Assembly (NCBI GenBank): GCA_013265495.1
Contig: MU059161.1
Span: 7,525,598-7,589,597, forward strand
Direction of reading: 5' to 3'
Origin: Vicugna vicugna
Lineage: Eukaryota
Length of the DNA: 64,000 nucleotides
The notes beneath the pieces were generated by a model. The model saw only the letters and a program-made list of their open reading frames with translations, did not search any database and was not told where the DNA came from. Below are positions 49,734 through 61,139 of the stretch, piece by piece. Positions within the stretch are counted from its first letter, which is position 1, and every line of letters begins with the position of its first letter. A program made the translations under genes and the position numbers.

Positions 49734-49969
49734 GAGACAGCAATGGTGTTGACGCGACAGAGAGGGCGGTGCTGTTCGTTCAAGATTGCACGTATATAAG
49801 GTGCAACACAAACATAATGACAACACACCATGTGCCAAATGATGACAGAGAGAAACTCAGGGGCCGTGGCAGCCCAGAACAGGGCACCTCAGCCAGTCCT
49901 GAAGCCTCTGAGATGGCTTCTCAGAGAAAGGGATGTGAGAGCTAAGTTTTCAAGAACTACCTGAGGCCT

Positions 49970-50385
49970 CTGACCTCATCCCGGACTCCAACTGTATCAG
50001 CCTCCTTGCTGTTCCAGGAACCTGCCAGGTACGCTCCCTGCCTCAGGGCCTTTGCACTTACAACCCCTTTGGTCTGGAATGCCCTTCCCTGGACATCCAG
50101 GTGGCTTGCTGTCTCACTTAATTGAGATCTCTATTTGCATATCACCTTGTCAGGTGAACCTTCTCTGACACCCCTTGAAAGCAGCACCCACATTACACTC
50201 TGTCTCCTAGCCTGGTTTATTTTTCTGCATCGCATTGCCATGTATTAGTTCATTTATTTTTACACCCCCAGGGTGTAAGCGAGGTGAAGGCAGAGAGTTT
50301 GTGTCTGACCACCATTGTATTCCCAGCGCCTAGAACACTGCTTGGTCCATGCTGGGCACTGAGTAACGACAGAGAGAATGAATGA
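49970..50385 (+). mobile_element. L2a 3' region
   Basis: cagcctccttgctgttccag...cctcagggcctttgcac...tggaatgcccttccc...cccagcgcctagaacac...gaatgaatgag. Confidence 0.85.
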
Positions 50386-52104
50386 GCTGGGAGAGAAGGA
50401 GAGAGGGGTGGGGTACTGCAGTCAGGGCACAGTGCCTACAGAGACACAGCACTGGAGCAGAATGGGGCTTCCTGGAACAGAGAGGGTGGGTGGGGTGAGG
50501 GGGCAGGTAATAGACAGGGGCTGGCGAGTCCAAGACAGGTCTCCTAAAGACCCTAATTGTCTTTGTTTTCCCATTTATAACCTGTTCATTATAGAACAAC
50601 TGAAAAGTACCAAGATGTGCCCAAAGGAAAATGGTCATCAACTAAGCTCTCCCCTAGGCCAGCAAGGAGAGCCCTATGATTCCTTTCCTGGTGCCTCTTT
50701 GCACGAGATTGTCTGAACATCTCACCTTTGAACTTGTGAGCCAGACCGCACTTCCTAACGCACACAGCTACTCCCTAACATGGCACAGCAGCTTCGTGTC
50801 CAGACAGATGAAGGCGCAGACCCCAGCTTTGTCACTTGCTGAACTGAGTTACCTTGGGCCTGCAGAGCCATGAACCTTGGCCGGAGAGGTTGCTCCGCCC
50901 AGGACGCCCCTCCACCCCTTTTCCTGGGCCTCGTTTCTGCTCATCTTCCTGCATCTGGGCCTCAGCCTGGGCATCACCTTCTTGACACAGACTTTTCTGA
51001 GGCTCAGTTCCTTCTTCTGTAAAAATCAGGGTGAACCTCGTTGGTATCTTGAACAGTTTTGAAGGTTCGATGAGACAACGCGAGGAAAGAGGCTGGCTCG
51101 TCGGAGGTGCTTGGTAAAGCCTGTCCTTCCCTTCCCCGTGGTGACACCGGATCTTTCTCCTTTATACCTCCAGCTTTTCCTCCTTTATACATTCCTTATC
51201 TGCAGGTCTCTTCAAACCTTAATCCTGTCCTAGGCTTCCACCCCAAGGCCCAGCCAGAACTCAGCCTTGAACGCTCAAGGCAGCAGAGAATGTTGTTCTA
51301 ACGGTGGTCTCGCAGCACAGAGTAAAGCTGAGCCCCTGTGGCAGATGGAGGTCAAGGGACATTTGGGGGTCCCTCGAAGGGGGCCCCTCCCACAGGTATG
51401 TCGGTACAGCTGCCTTTCCCCCGGCGCTGTCCTCCTCAGCGTAAAAACACCAGCAGCAGTAGTTGCTTCCTTTTAAATCCGCTGGAGGCCGTGCCCTGGC
51501 GGGGAGCCACAGGGATGAGGATCTAATCCCCGGAATAGCTCCTGCGCTCGGCGTTTAAATGCCGTCTGTATTTTTATCCGATGATGGGTCACTTCTGAAA
51601 AGCCCGCTCACGTCCGGCCCCTCTAAGAATACATTTCCATTTATAGCGTCTGCGCTCGGGATGTTGTTGTGTCCCGGTGTGGGGCCAGTGGCCACGTCCT
51701 GTTTCCAGTCATTTGGAAACACGTTGGGGGCCCTGGCTGTCCCCCGGCCCTCGCTCCCTGTGGCCTTGACAAGTGGAAGCCTGACTCCCGGCCAAGCCCC
51801 GGCTGCCTGACAGCCTCGGGCTCCGACAGCAGGCCTTTCCTGTTTCTGTGAGTGTGCAAGCTCATCAGACGGTTGCAGGCTGGGCGAGGCGCATGGGGGT
51901 GAGGGGACCCCATGCAGCTGAGCTCTGCCAGGGCCTCAGTGGCCCCACGGCGCGGTTCCGGAGCACCACAGGACCCTTCCTCCTTCACTTGCTCACCAGG
52001 TGCCCTCAGCCCGATGTCAGTGCCAGGTGCATGAGCAAGGGAGGACAGCACAGACAGCCAAGGCCCCCAGGGGCCAGTATGGAGGTTTGGGTCAGTGTAC
52101 GACC

Positions 52105-52300
52105 TCCAGGTGAGGCTTACCCAGGTTCCAATCCTAACTGTGCCTCCTGCTGGCTGTGTGAGCTTAGGCAAGTGGCTCAGCCTCTCTGACTCTCAATTTC
52201 CACATTTGTTGACGGTACCTCATGGGTGAAGGGGAAGGGACTCAGTGGGATAGATCGTAGGTCAAGGGTCTTCAGTAGTGCTTGGCCCATGGGGTAGGAG
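52105..52300 (+). mobile_element. MIR SINE
   Basis: ggttccaatcctaactgtgcctcctgctggctgtgtgagcttaggcaagtggctcagcctctctgactctcaatttcc. Confidence 0.8.
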
Positions 52301-52369
52301 CCCAGGAAATGGATTTCACAGTCCCTCAGGTTCCTCCTGCCTCTGTTGTATTGGGATTCTAGGAGCAGG

Positions 52370-52860
52370 TTTTGTGTGAGAAGCTAGAGTTTTGTTCTGG
52401 ACATGTCAAGTGTGAGGGGCAGGCATGCTCCCTCTGGGAGTGAGGGAGCTCCTTGGACATCGCAGTGTGAGCTCTGCAAGGACGGTGACCACTTCTGTCT
52501 TGTTGGCTTTCTCCTATCTGCCTGGAACTCGGCACAGTAAATTAAGGCATAGATAAGTTTGGTGTGGAAATTAAAAGAGGAAGGGCCTGAACACAGACCC
52601 CTGGGGGTCTACCTGGATATCAGGGGCAGGAGGAGGAAGAGGAACAGACAGAGAAGATGCTGCAGAGTGAGGATGCCATTTTACTCTAGGCGGCTGGGAC
52701 AGAGTCAGCAGGATTGGTGCAGAGGCAGTACTGAGGAAAGCCAATGGCATCTGGCCCATAGTGACTCTTCGGTGATCTTAGCTAGATCAGGAAGAGAGAG
52801 TGAGCAAGGGGGGCTGGCGTCAGGCTGCTGTGAGATAAGGATCAAGTGGAAAGTGAAATG
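52370..52860 (-). mobile_element. L2 (L2c-like) internal fragment
   Basis: gagttttgttctggacatgtcaagtgtgag...gggcctgaacacagacccctggggg...gaggaagagg. Confidence 0.6.
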
Positions 52861-53360
52861 TCAGGTTGTTCTAGGCCAGTCGTTGAAAAATGTGCCATGT
52901 ACTTCCTACTGCATCGCATAAGGGTCCAGAATAACTGGCTGTCTTCTCCATGAGATGTTAAGGTCGATCACTGTGTTCAGGTGGCAGCAGCCTGATCCAT
53001 CTGTTGTGAAATTTCCCATTCTTGCTGATAAATGCCTAAAGCCAGTATTTCATTAGAGAATGCACAGTGCTGATTTTCTTAATTCTATTAGTCCTTCCAC
53101 ATTAGTCTTTGAAATTATCCTATAAAACAGAACTTTGTCTTCATCAGCTATTTGGTTACCTGGAAATCTACTGTGTAGACCAAAAAGGTCAGCTTAATCA
53201 CTAAGTGCTTTTTCTTTATTTACTAATTTTCAGAATAATGAGTTGTTGGCTTAGCATCTTCAAAGGTATCCAAAGAGGCTTTTTTGTTTTTTGAAGTATC
53301 ATTATGGACCCATAAACTGCTTAATGTATTTGATGTGTTTCCATCATGGCTGTCATTAAA
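52860..53360 (-). mobile_element. L1MC4-class 3' UTR relic
   Basis: tttactaattttcagaataatgagttg...gcatcttcaaagg...tatcattatggacccat...tatttgatgtgtttcc. Confidence 0.6.
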
Positions 53361-53369
53361 AAGTTTTTC

Positions 53370-55160
53370 CCACAGTTTTATTGGGGTATAATTGACATAC
53401 AGTAAACGTCACATAAAATTAACAGTTTGAGACATTTGGCATATATACACACCCATGAAACTATCATCACAAGATAGCGAATGTCTTCATCACCCTCCAG
53501 AATTTCCTCAAGATCTCTCCCTTCCCTCCCTCCCTGGGCAATCAGTGCTCTGCTGTCCCTCCAGAGTGGTTAACACTTTCTGGAATTTTATATAAATGGA
53601 CTCATACCGTGTGTGCCCTAGTTTGGCTTTCATTCCGCATAATTATTTTGAGAATCAGCCATGTTGTTGATCATGTCAATACTTCCTTGCTTTTTATTGC
53701 TGAGCAAACATTCCATTGTATGGATATGCCATATTCTTCTAGCCATTTGCCTGTTGATGGATATTTGGGTTGTTTCCAGTTTGCAGCTGTTACAAATTAA
53801 GGCTCCATGAATATTCATATTCATGTCTTTGTATGGGAATATGCTTTCATTTCTCTTGGGTACATACCTGGGAGTGGAATGGCTGGACCATGCGGTAAGT
53901 GTATATTTAACATTTTCAGAAACCACCAAACTCTGTTCCATAGTGTTTGGGCTACTTTACGTTCCACCAGCAGTGTCTGAGAGTTCCAGTTGCTCCCTGT
54001 CCTCACCAACACTTGGTCTGACCAGTCTTTACAATTTCAGCCATTCTCAGAGGTATAGAGGAGGACCTCTTTGTGATTTTAACTTGCACTTCCCCAGTGA
54101 TTCTGAGCGTAGTGTCATTTCACGTGGCTAGTCACTGTCAGTAAATCTTTGGTGAAATGTCTGTTCGAATCTTTTGCTCATTTTTTTGATGGGTGGTTTG
54201 TTTTCTTATTGCTGAGTTTTGAGAGTTCTTTATAGGGGATGTAAATCCTTTATCAGACAAGCGATTCACATATATTCTTCCCAGTCTGCAGCTTATCGTT
54301 TTATTCTTTTAATAATGCCTTTTGAAGAGTGGAAATTTTTCATCTTGGTGAAGCTCGTATATCAGTTTTTTCTTTTATGGATCATGCTCTTGGTGTCTTA
54401 CCTAAGAAGTCTTTGCCTAACCTAAGATCACAAAGATTTTCTCCTATGTTTTCTTCTAGAAGCTTTATAGTAAGACTATAGTAGGTATCGTAAATAAGTA
54501 AGTATATTAAGTCAGATCCAACTTTGTTCTTTTTCAGAGTTGTTTTGTCTATTCTAAGTCCTGAGCGTTTCCGTGTGAATTTTAGAATCAGCTTGCCAGT
54601 TTCTACAGAAATGCCTGCTGGAATTTTGATTGGAATTGAGTTGAATCTACAGATCAATTTGGGGGGAAATGCCTTCCTAACAATATTGAGTCTTCTAACC
54701 CATTTGCATCTTCTTTAGTTTCCCTCAACACTGTTTTACAGTTTCCAGTGTAGGGTCTTGCACGTCTCTTGTCAAATTTATCCCTGAATATTTAATATTT
54801 TTATGCATCTCCTACGAATAATAGAAGTAACCATTTGTGTTTGGTTTTGGTTCCACCTTCTATTGTTTCTTTTTGAAAGGTATAAACAAGGATGTAGATT
54901 TATTTTTATCACTACCAGCCCCCATGACCCTCCTCCACACACACGTAAAATTTAACAGAACACAGTGTTCGGCAGTTTGCTTTTGGCCCGTCACTGTACA
55001 GGGATTGTCCTCATTCTTCTTTATGACTGTATCATCCTCCACTTTATGGATGGTCTGTAGTTTATTAACTGGTCCCCTTGGATGGACGTTTGGATGGTCT
55101 CCAGCTGTTTGCTATTACAGCTGGTGCAGTGGTGAATAGCCCTCTGCCTACGTCATTTGA
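53370..55160 (-). mobile_element. L1M (L1MB/MD-class) 3' end plus ORF2 remnant, then a second older L1M piece (54890-55160)
   Basis: Minus ORF 54382-54657 CRFNSIPIKIPAGISVETGKLILKFTRK...TIKLLEENIGENLCDLRLGKDFL resembles L1 ORF2; 3' UTR motifs ttttattggggtataattgacatacagtaa. Confidence 0.85.
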
Positions 55161-56076
55161 TATTTTCACCTGGAATTTACCGAATGCCATTAACGGGCCA
55201 AGCCTTGCATGACCCATAAGAGAGTCCAGAACAAATCTGACTGTCCCAGCCCAGCAGGAACAGAAGATCCCGCAGCCATCTCAGAGCTGTGCCAGGAATG
55301 TGTACGTCCACAGAGCCCGGGGAGATAGGGGGAGGTGGCTTTGAGAGGGACCTTAGAAGCTCAGCAGTCAAATTTATCCCTCTTCCTCTTTGGCCAGCTT
55401 TGGTGGCTTTTGTGGGAAGGAGGGGAGGGGAAAGTCCAGGGCTTTGTGGTCAGAGAAGGTATTCTGAGATGGAGAGGTCACTGTGTAGATAAGAGACCTC
55501 CACACGGGCACTGAGGCTCAGGGAGGGAGCCACAGGGCGTGGGCTGGAGGGAGAAAACTGCATGTGCGCAGAGGATCGCCACTCAGACCTCCCGTGGGTA
55601 CAGGCCTCCACTCCCGCTCCCAGCCTGTCTCCCTGTTCCAGGCGGGCATGTGGTCCAGCGGATAGAGCAGAGGTCCCAAGGCCAGGCTGCAGGAGTTTGA
55701 GTCCCCGCCCTGCATCCTGGGCAAGCGAAATGGGAAGAGTGCTGGTCTCTACTGAACAGAGTTGTACGAAGGATGGGAGCTAACGAACACACAGTCCACG
55801 TCCAAGGCCGGGTGCACGTGGTCACTCACGGTGGGGGCCGCCGCAGGGTAGCTGCGAGCACTATTGTTATTCTTCTTCCTTCTAAACTCCTCCATCTGTG
55901 CTGGAGACAACAGACAGACTTTTTTCCCTTCGTTTTGACAGAGGAAGGAGGGGTGTGTGAGCTCAGAGTAATAGTTGGAATGTCAAGGACAGGATTCAGG
56001 GGGCAGTGAGAGAGATTCTAGGGCTCTTAAGATCTGGCGCTTGCACAGTTCTCTCCCAGCTGTGCTCAACTCTGGA

Positions 56077-56077
<1 letters not shown>

Positions 56078-56107
<30 letters not shown>
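56078..56107 (+). repeat. (AC)15 microsatellite
   Basis: Uninterrupted acacac run of 30 nt. Confidence 0.95.
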
Positions 56108-56108
<1 letters not shown>

Positions 56109-56981
56109 AGTGGTTCTCATGAAGGTGGAGGAGATGGGTAACTGACCCACCAAGCACATTTTTCACCCCCTGGGCTCGGCACTGAGGGCTCCGACAGGCT
56201 GGTGGGCAGGGGCGACCAGGCCAAAGAACCAACTAAAAAACTCGCTGCCTATTTTTGGGACGAATGACCCACCACTTCCAATGACTTGCTCCTAAACGGC
56301 ATCTAATTTCATTAGGCCTTGGAAACAGTGACATCACGAGCGCCTGCCTGGTAGCCGCCCACATATGGCGAACCACAGGGCGATCTGAGATTCGTCTTCA
56401 AGAGCAGGGAGAAGCGAGGTCCCAAGCAGCAAAAGTTAAAATAGCAAAGCTGAGGCATTCTGCTATGAAAAGAAATTACAGAAGAAATCCATTAGTCAGA
56501 GATTTCCAGCGGCAGTTTCCTTGCTTGGGAGCAAGAGAAGACTTATGTATGTTTATTTTGGGTGAGGTTATGCAGTCGTTCCTCGCTCGGTGAGGCTGGA
56601 TGTGGCTTGTCAAGTGAATTTCTGTTAAGTCAACCCCACATTCTCATCGACTTCTAGAACCACTGTTGATGTATGTCTTATCCTAAGAAATCAGTTTTGT
56701 TGTAAGGTGTGATGAAGTCAGAGGCATGGATTCAGCACCTTTTTGATTCAGAGGGTGACACTTGTACTGACTGTACCATTACAAGAAGTCACAATTCCAG
56801 GTGGACTTTATTTTTCCCCTGTGGGTTCCTTTGCCCAGTTTCCTCCAAGTGTGTCTTCTCAGGCACAGAGCGAAAAAGGAAAGGGAAAGATTACTTAATC
56901 CAGATCCCTGGTCTCCGTGGGGACGATCAAGGCCATGGCCACGACTCCACCCAGCTGGAGCACGTTCTGCTCTGCCTACAA

Positions 56982-57207
56982 CAGGGTTTCTCCACTTGAG
57001 TGCCACGGACATTTGGGGCGGGTAACCCTCGGTTGTGGAGGGCCGTCCTGTGCATCGTAGGATAGCAGGATGCGTTAGCATCCCTGGCCTCTATCTGCTA
57101 GGTACCAGTAGCACACCTACTCCTCAGTGTGACAACGAAAAATATCTCCAGACATTGCCAGATGTCCCCTGAGGGGGGCAAAAATCACACCTAGTGGAAA
57201 GCCACCA
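56982..57207 (-). mobile_element. MER20 hAT-Charlie DNA transposon
   Basis: cagggtttctcca...ggacatttgggg...catccctggcctcta...ccagtagcac...gtgacaac...tctccagacattgccagatgtcccctgagggggcaaaa; 8-bp flanks gcctacaa / gcatataa (6/8, central TA). Confidence 0.9.
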
Positions 57208-57999
57208 GCATATAACATTTCAAGAGTGTAAGATAAGGATTTCACAAGCTTTTTATTGGCTTATTTTTGTTTTAAATACTCTGAGTTAAATTATACTTTG
57301 AACTGGGCAAGTCACTCCTCGGGCTTCCATCTTCTCTTCTGTGAAATAAATGGGTTGGACACAGTGATCTTAGAGCACCTCCTAGACCTGATAGCAGAGC
57401 GTGGTGAAGGCAGGAGGCCCTGTGGGCTCCCCGTTTTTGGGTCCTGTCCCGCAGGTGATGAACCTCTGGTCCCTCTGGCTGCAGGCACTGCCCCCTTTCT
57501 CCCGGCATCCAGTTCAGTTTTTCTCAAGCCCAGTTAACTGTTCTCTTGCCTTAATTTAAGCTCATTTTGCCTTTTTTTTTTTAAGTGAAAATTTCTAAAT
57601 ATCCACGGAAGTACAGCAGTGCAGGGAAGCCCCCAGGACCCATCATCTGGCTTCTCCACCATCCATTTTATCTTAATCTTGTTTTTAGGTCCAGCTGGTG
57701 GACCTTACCTTCGTGCAGATTCATTCATTAACTCATTCCCTCAGGTCAGTTCTCCAAGAACCTGGATTGGGCAGGGCTGGACAGCAAGGGGACCGAGGTC
57801 CTGCCCTTGAGAAGCTGACAGGCTAGTCAGCAGGCAGGGAAAGAGCATTTATTTGACAACTGTGGAGAAGCCATCCTTTAGCTTTCTCTCTTTGAGGTTA
57901 AGCAATCCCAGTTCTTTAACCTTTCTTCTAAAAAGCAATTTCTACCCAAATGGTCCTGATTTGTCCCTGCATTGTTGGGAAGAGCAGCAAGAACATAAA

Positions 58000-58205
58000 T
58001 CGGGCCTGGATTTAGACCTCTACTCGGGCACTTCATAGATATACAAGCTTAGCCAAGTCAACAGCCTCTCTGAGCCTCATCTGTAAAATGGGATGACAGT
58101 CCCTAAATTCGCAGGTTGGCTGGGGGAATTGGATGAGACCATGGCCTAGTATGGGCCTAGCCTGAGCCTAGCATGAGCCCAACACACACCAGGTATGTGC
58201 TAAGC
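58000..58205 (+). mobile_element. MIR SINE
   Basis: agccaagtcaacagcctctctgagcctcatctgtaaaatgggatgacag. Confidence 0.75.
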
Positions 58206-58814
58206 ATCGCTTCCCCTTGCCCCCACTCTCCTTAGCCTTTCCTCCACATTCTCTTAACAGTGAGTGGCCACAGCGGATGGCATCAGTGTCCCCATCTCAC
58301 TGCAGTGAGGGACTGACTAATCTGAGCCAGAGAGGACGGCTCACTTCCTGGTCTGTCACAGGCCTGGGTTCTCACCAGCCTCATTTTCTTAGCAACATTC
58401 ACTGCTGACTCACTTGGCTTGTGGTCAGCTCTGAACCCAGGGTCTTTTTCAGCTCTCCCTTTACCCCACCACCACTCCCCAGCCTGGATTTGTGGTATGG
58501 GAATGGGATCATTATCAGAGAACATTCTGTTTAGGTGGCCCTTCTCAAGGAGCCCAAAGCATTGCTAGACTGACAGTTTCATGAGGGTGAGGGTCATGTC
58601 TACCTTGACCACTTTCATTTTCCCACCAGCTAGAGCACTGCCAGTAGGTACTTAGTAAGTACCTGTTGAATAAATTAAGGTACTTTGAACTGGTCCCTGT
58701 CTTCCAGGAGAGTCTCACGTGCTCTGGGGCAGCATCCTTGGAAAAGCAAATAAGCAAAAAGCCCTGAGACTTGAGTTTACCAATAAATGAGCTCTAAACT
58801 GATTCCCACAAGTA

Positions 58815-59010
58815 CAGGGCAGTGGAAGGACCGTGGCCTGTGGACCCAGACTTGGGTGTGCATCCCAGCTCTGCTAATCATTGGCTTGGTGACTTTGTGG
58901 GTGTTATCTATGGCAAGCCTTAGTCTTCTCCCTGGAAAAATGGGCTATCAGTACCTGCCAGGGTGATCGTGAGAATTACATACAAATATATACGGGAAAG
59001 TGCCCAGCAT
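58815..59010 (+). mobile_element. MIR SINE
   Basis: ggacccagacttgggtgtgcatcccagctctgc...gtgactttg...aaaatgggc...gggtgatcgtgagaatta. Confidence 0.75.
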
Positions 59011-59319
59011 GGGATGGCAGTGATCTTGGTTTCGCATCATTCGCTTTTTCTGGAGCACCTACTTTCTTTGACTGCCATTGCCTCCTGTGGTTTGGTCCAA
59101 GTCTCACCTCCTCCCTGACACCTGTACTCACTCAGCCTTCTTCTCCCCTCCCACCCCCAACAAAGACATCCTCTGCCTGCCACCCGGCACACCCGGCCAA
59201 CATTTGTTAAGCCAGCATCTCAAATTCAGATGCCTATAGCAACCAAGCATACATGAAAAAAGCAAGCTGGGTGGGATTTTTACATGAAATCTCCCCCCTC
59301 TTTTTTTTTTCAATTTCCA

Positions 59320-60560
59320 TTAAATTAAAAGAAATTTCATTTTTCATTTTGAAATAACTGCAGACTTGCAAAAATAATACAAAGACTTCCCATATCACCC
59401 AAGCTTCCTTAAATGTTAACATCTTATATAACCAAACAATTTTCAAAACCAGGAAAATAACACTTTACAGTACATTAACTAATCTACAGATCTCACTCAA
59501 ATTGCATCAGTTGTCCCACTGTCATCCCTTCTCTGACTCAGGACATCCTGCAGGATTTGGTGGTCACATCTCTTCAGTCTCCTCCAATCTCTGGCAGTTT
59601 CCAAGTCTTTACTTGTCTTCATGTCCTGGATACTTGTGACAAATGCTGGCCAATCATTTTGAAGCATGGCCCTCAGTTTGGATTTATTTGATGTTTTCTC
59701 ATAATTCTCTTGAGGCTGTGCATTTTGAGCAAGTTCCCCCACAGGAGTGATGGTGTGCCCTCCCCAGTACATCATATCAGGAGACACATGACGTGTCTCC
59801 TTACTGGTGACACTTCAGTCACTTGACTAAGATGGTATCTGCCAAGTTTCTCCACCAAAAGCTACTTTTTCCTTCTCTATAATGAAGAATTGAGGGGGGG
59901 GTACTTTGAAGGTTTGTAAATATCCTGTTCTCATCAGACTTCTGATTTTTACTCATTTCTTTATTTACATCTGTGTAGATTTGTGGCTTCCTGTTTTATC
60001 CAAAGGGTTATAATCCATTACTATGATTATTGATTTTAATGCTTACGTTGTCCCTTCCTTGGCTCATGGGAGCCCCTTTGAGTTGGCTTCCTGTCCGTTT
60101 GATATGTCCCATCCTTCCTTCTTGCTTTCGGACCTAAGAAAGTGCTCCAAGTTCATCTTGTATTTTCCCTACCCAGACCTGGAATCCGCCATTTCTCCAA
60201 GGAGCTGATTTCTTTGAGTAAAGAATGATGCTTGGAAGCCAAGGTTTGAGGGCCAGATGTGCCAATTGCTGTCTGGCTATCACTGTTCCCACACCCTCTC
60301 CACAGGATGAGCTAGGAAATAAATGTATGCATGGTGTAGACACATGCACACAGCTATTTCTGTATTTGTGCATGTTGAAAATCATTAATTCACGGCTATG
60401 CCTTCATTTCCACTCTGAACACCACAGGGTTTATTATTCTACGTTTCTCTCTGTGTGTACCTCCCTTCCCCAACTGTGAGGCACCTGCCTCCCCACTTTA
60501 TCCTCACTGTGTTTACATATTTGATAAGTCCTCTTGTATGTAACAACCTCTCGTCTCTGC
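59320..60560 (-). mobile_element. L1MC4/5-class 3' UTR relic
   Basis: ttcattttgaaataactgcagacttgcaaaaataatacaaag...gttaacatcttatataacc...catcagttgtcccac...ttggcttcctgtccgtttgatatgtccc. Confidence 0.8.
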
Positions 60561-60879
60561 CCTTCTCAGACACTCTGCTCTGGGCCATCCCCACCTCCTT
60601 ACCCTGAGTAGCCTCTAACTTCCCATAAAACTCCCCGTTTTGAAATGATGGTTCATATGTTTTTTAAACCATGAGGCCCAAGTAACTGGACCAGGAAGCT
60701 GGCTTGTAAGCCCCTCCCGCCTCGCCAGCATCTACTCCCTCCACTCCCATCCCGGCACCACACGCAGGTAAACTCAGCCCTCCGGCACTCCAGGTTCCGT
60801 CCTCTTCTCGGCCTCTGCTTTTCCAGTTCTTTCTACTGAACTAGCCTTCGCCTGCACCTACCCTTTCTCCCTTCTTCCT

Positions 60880-61130
60880 GCTCTGTTCAGACATCACCTT
60901 TTGCAGGAAGCTTCAGAATTACCCCAGGTGCCCTTTCCGGTTCCTCTGGCACCTCCAGTTGGAGCTCCAGGGTGGAGCACCCCTGCGTTCTCCTTGCGTC
61001 TCCTTCTTTGTCTCTGCTGCCTAACTGCAGGCACACAAGGCCGAGGGCCGATTTTGTCCCCACGTCCCTAGTACCTAAAAGAGGGCTGGCACATAGTAGG
61101 TGCTCGTAAATGTTGGCCAGATGAACATCA
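60880..61130 (+). mobile_element. L2 3' end
   Basis: cagacatcaccttttgcaggaagcttc...ctggcacatagtaggtgctcgtaaatgttgg. Confidence 0.75.
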
Positions 61131-61139
61131 GTCACAGTA

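Noticed and set aside
58519-58533. Glucocorticoid response element AGAACAttcTGTTTA
   Set aside because: The right half-site lacks the invariant C (TGTTCT); isolated
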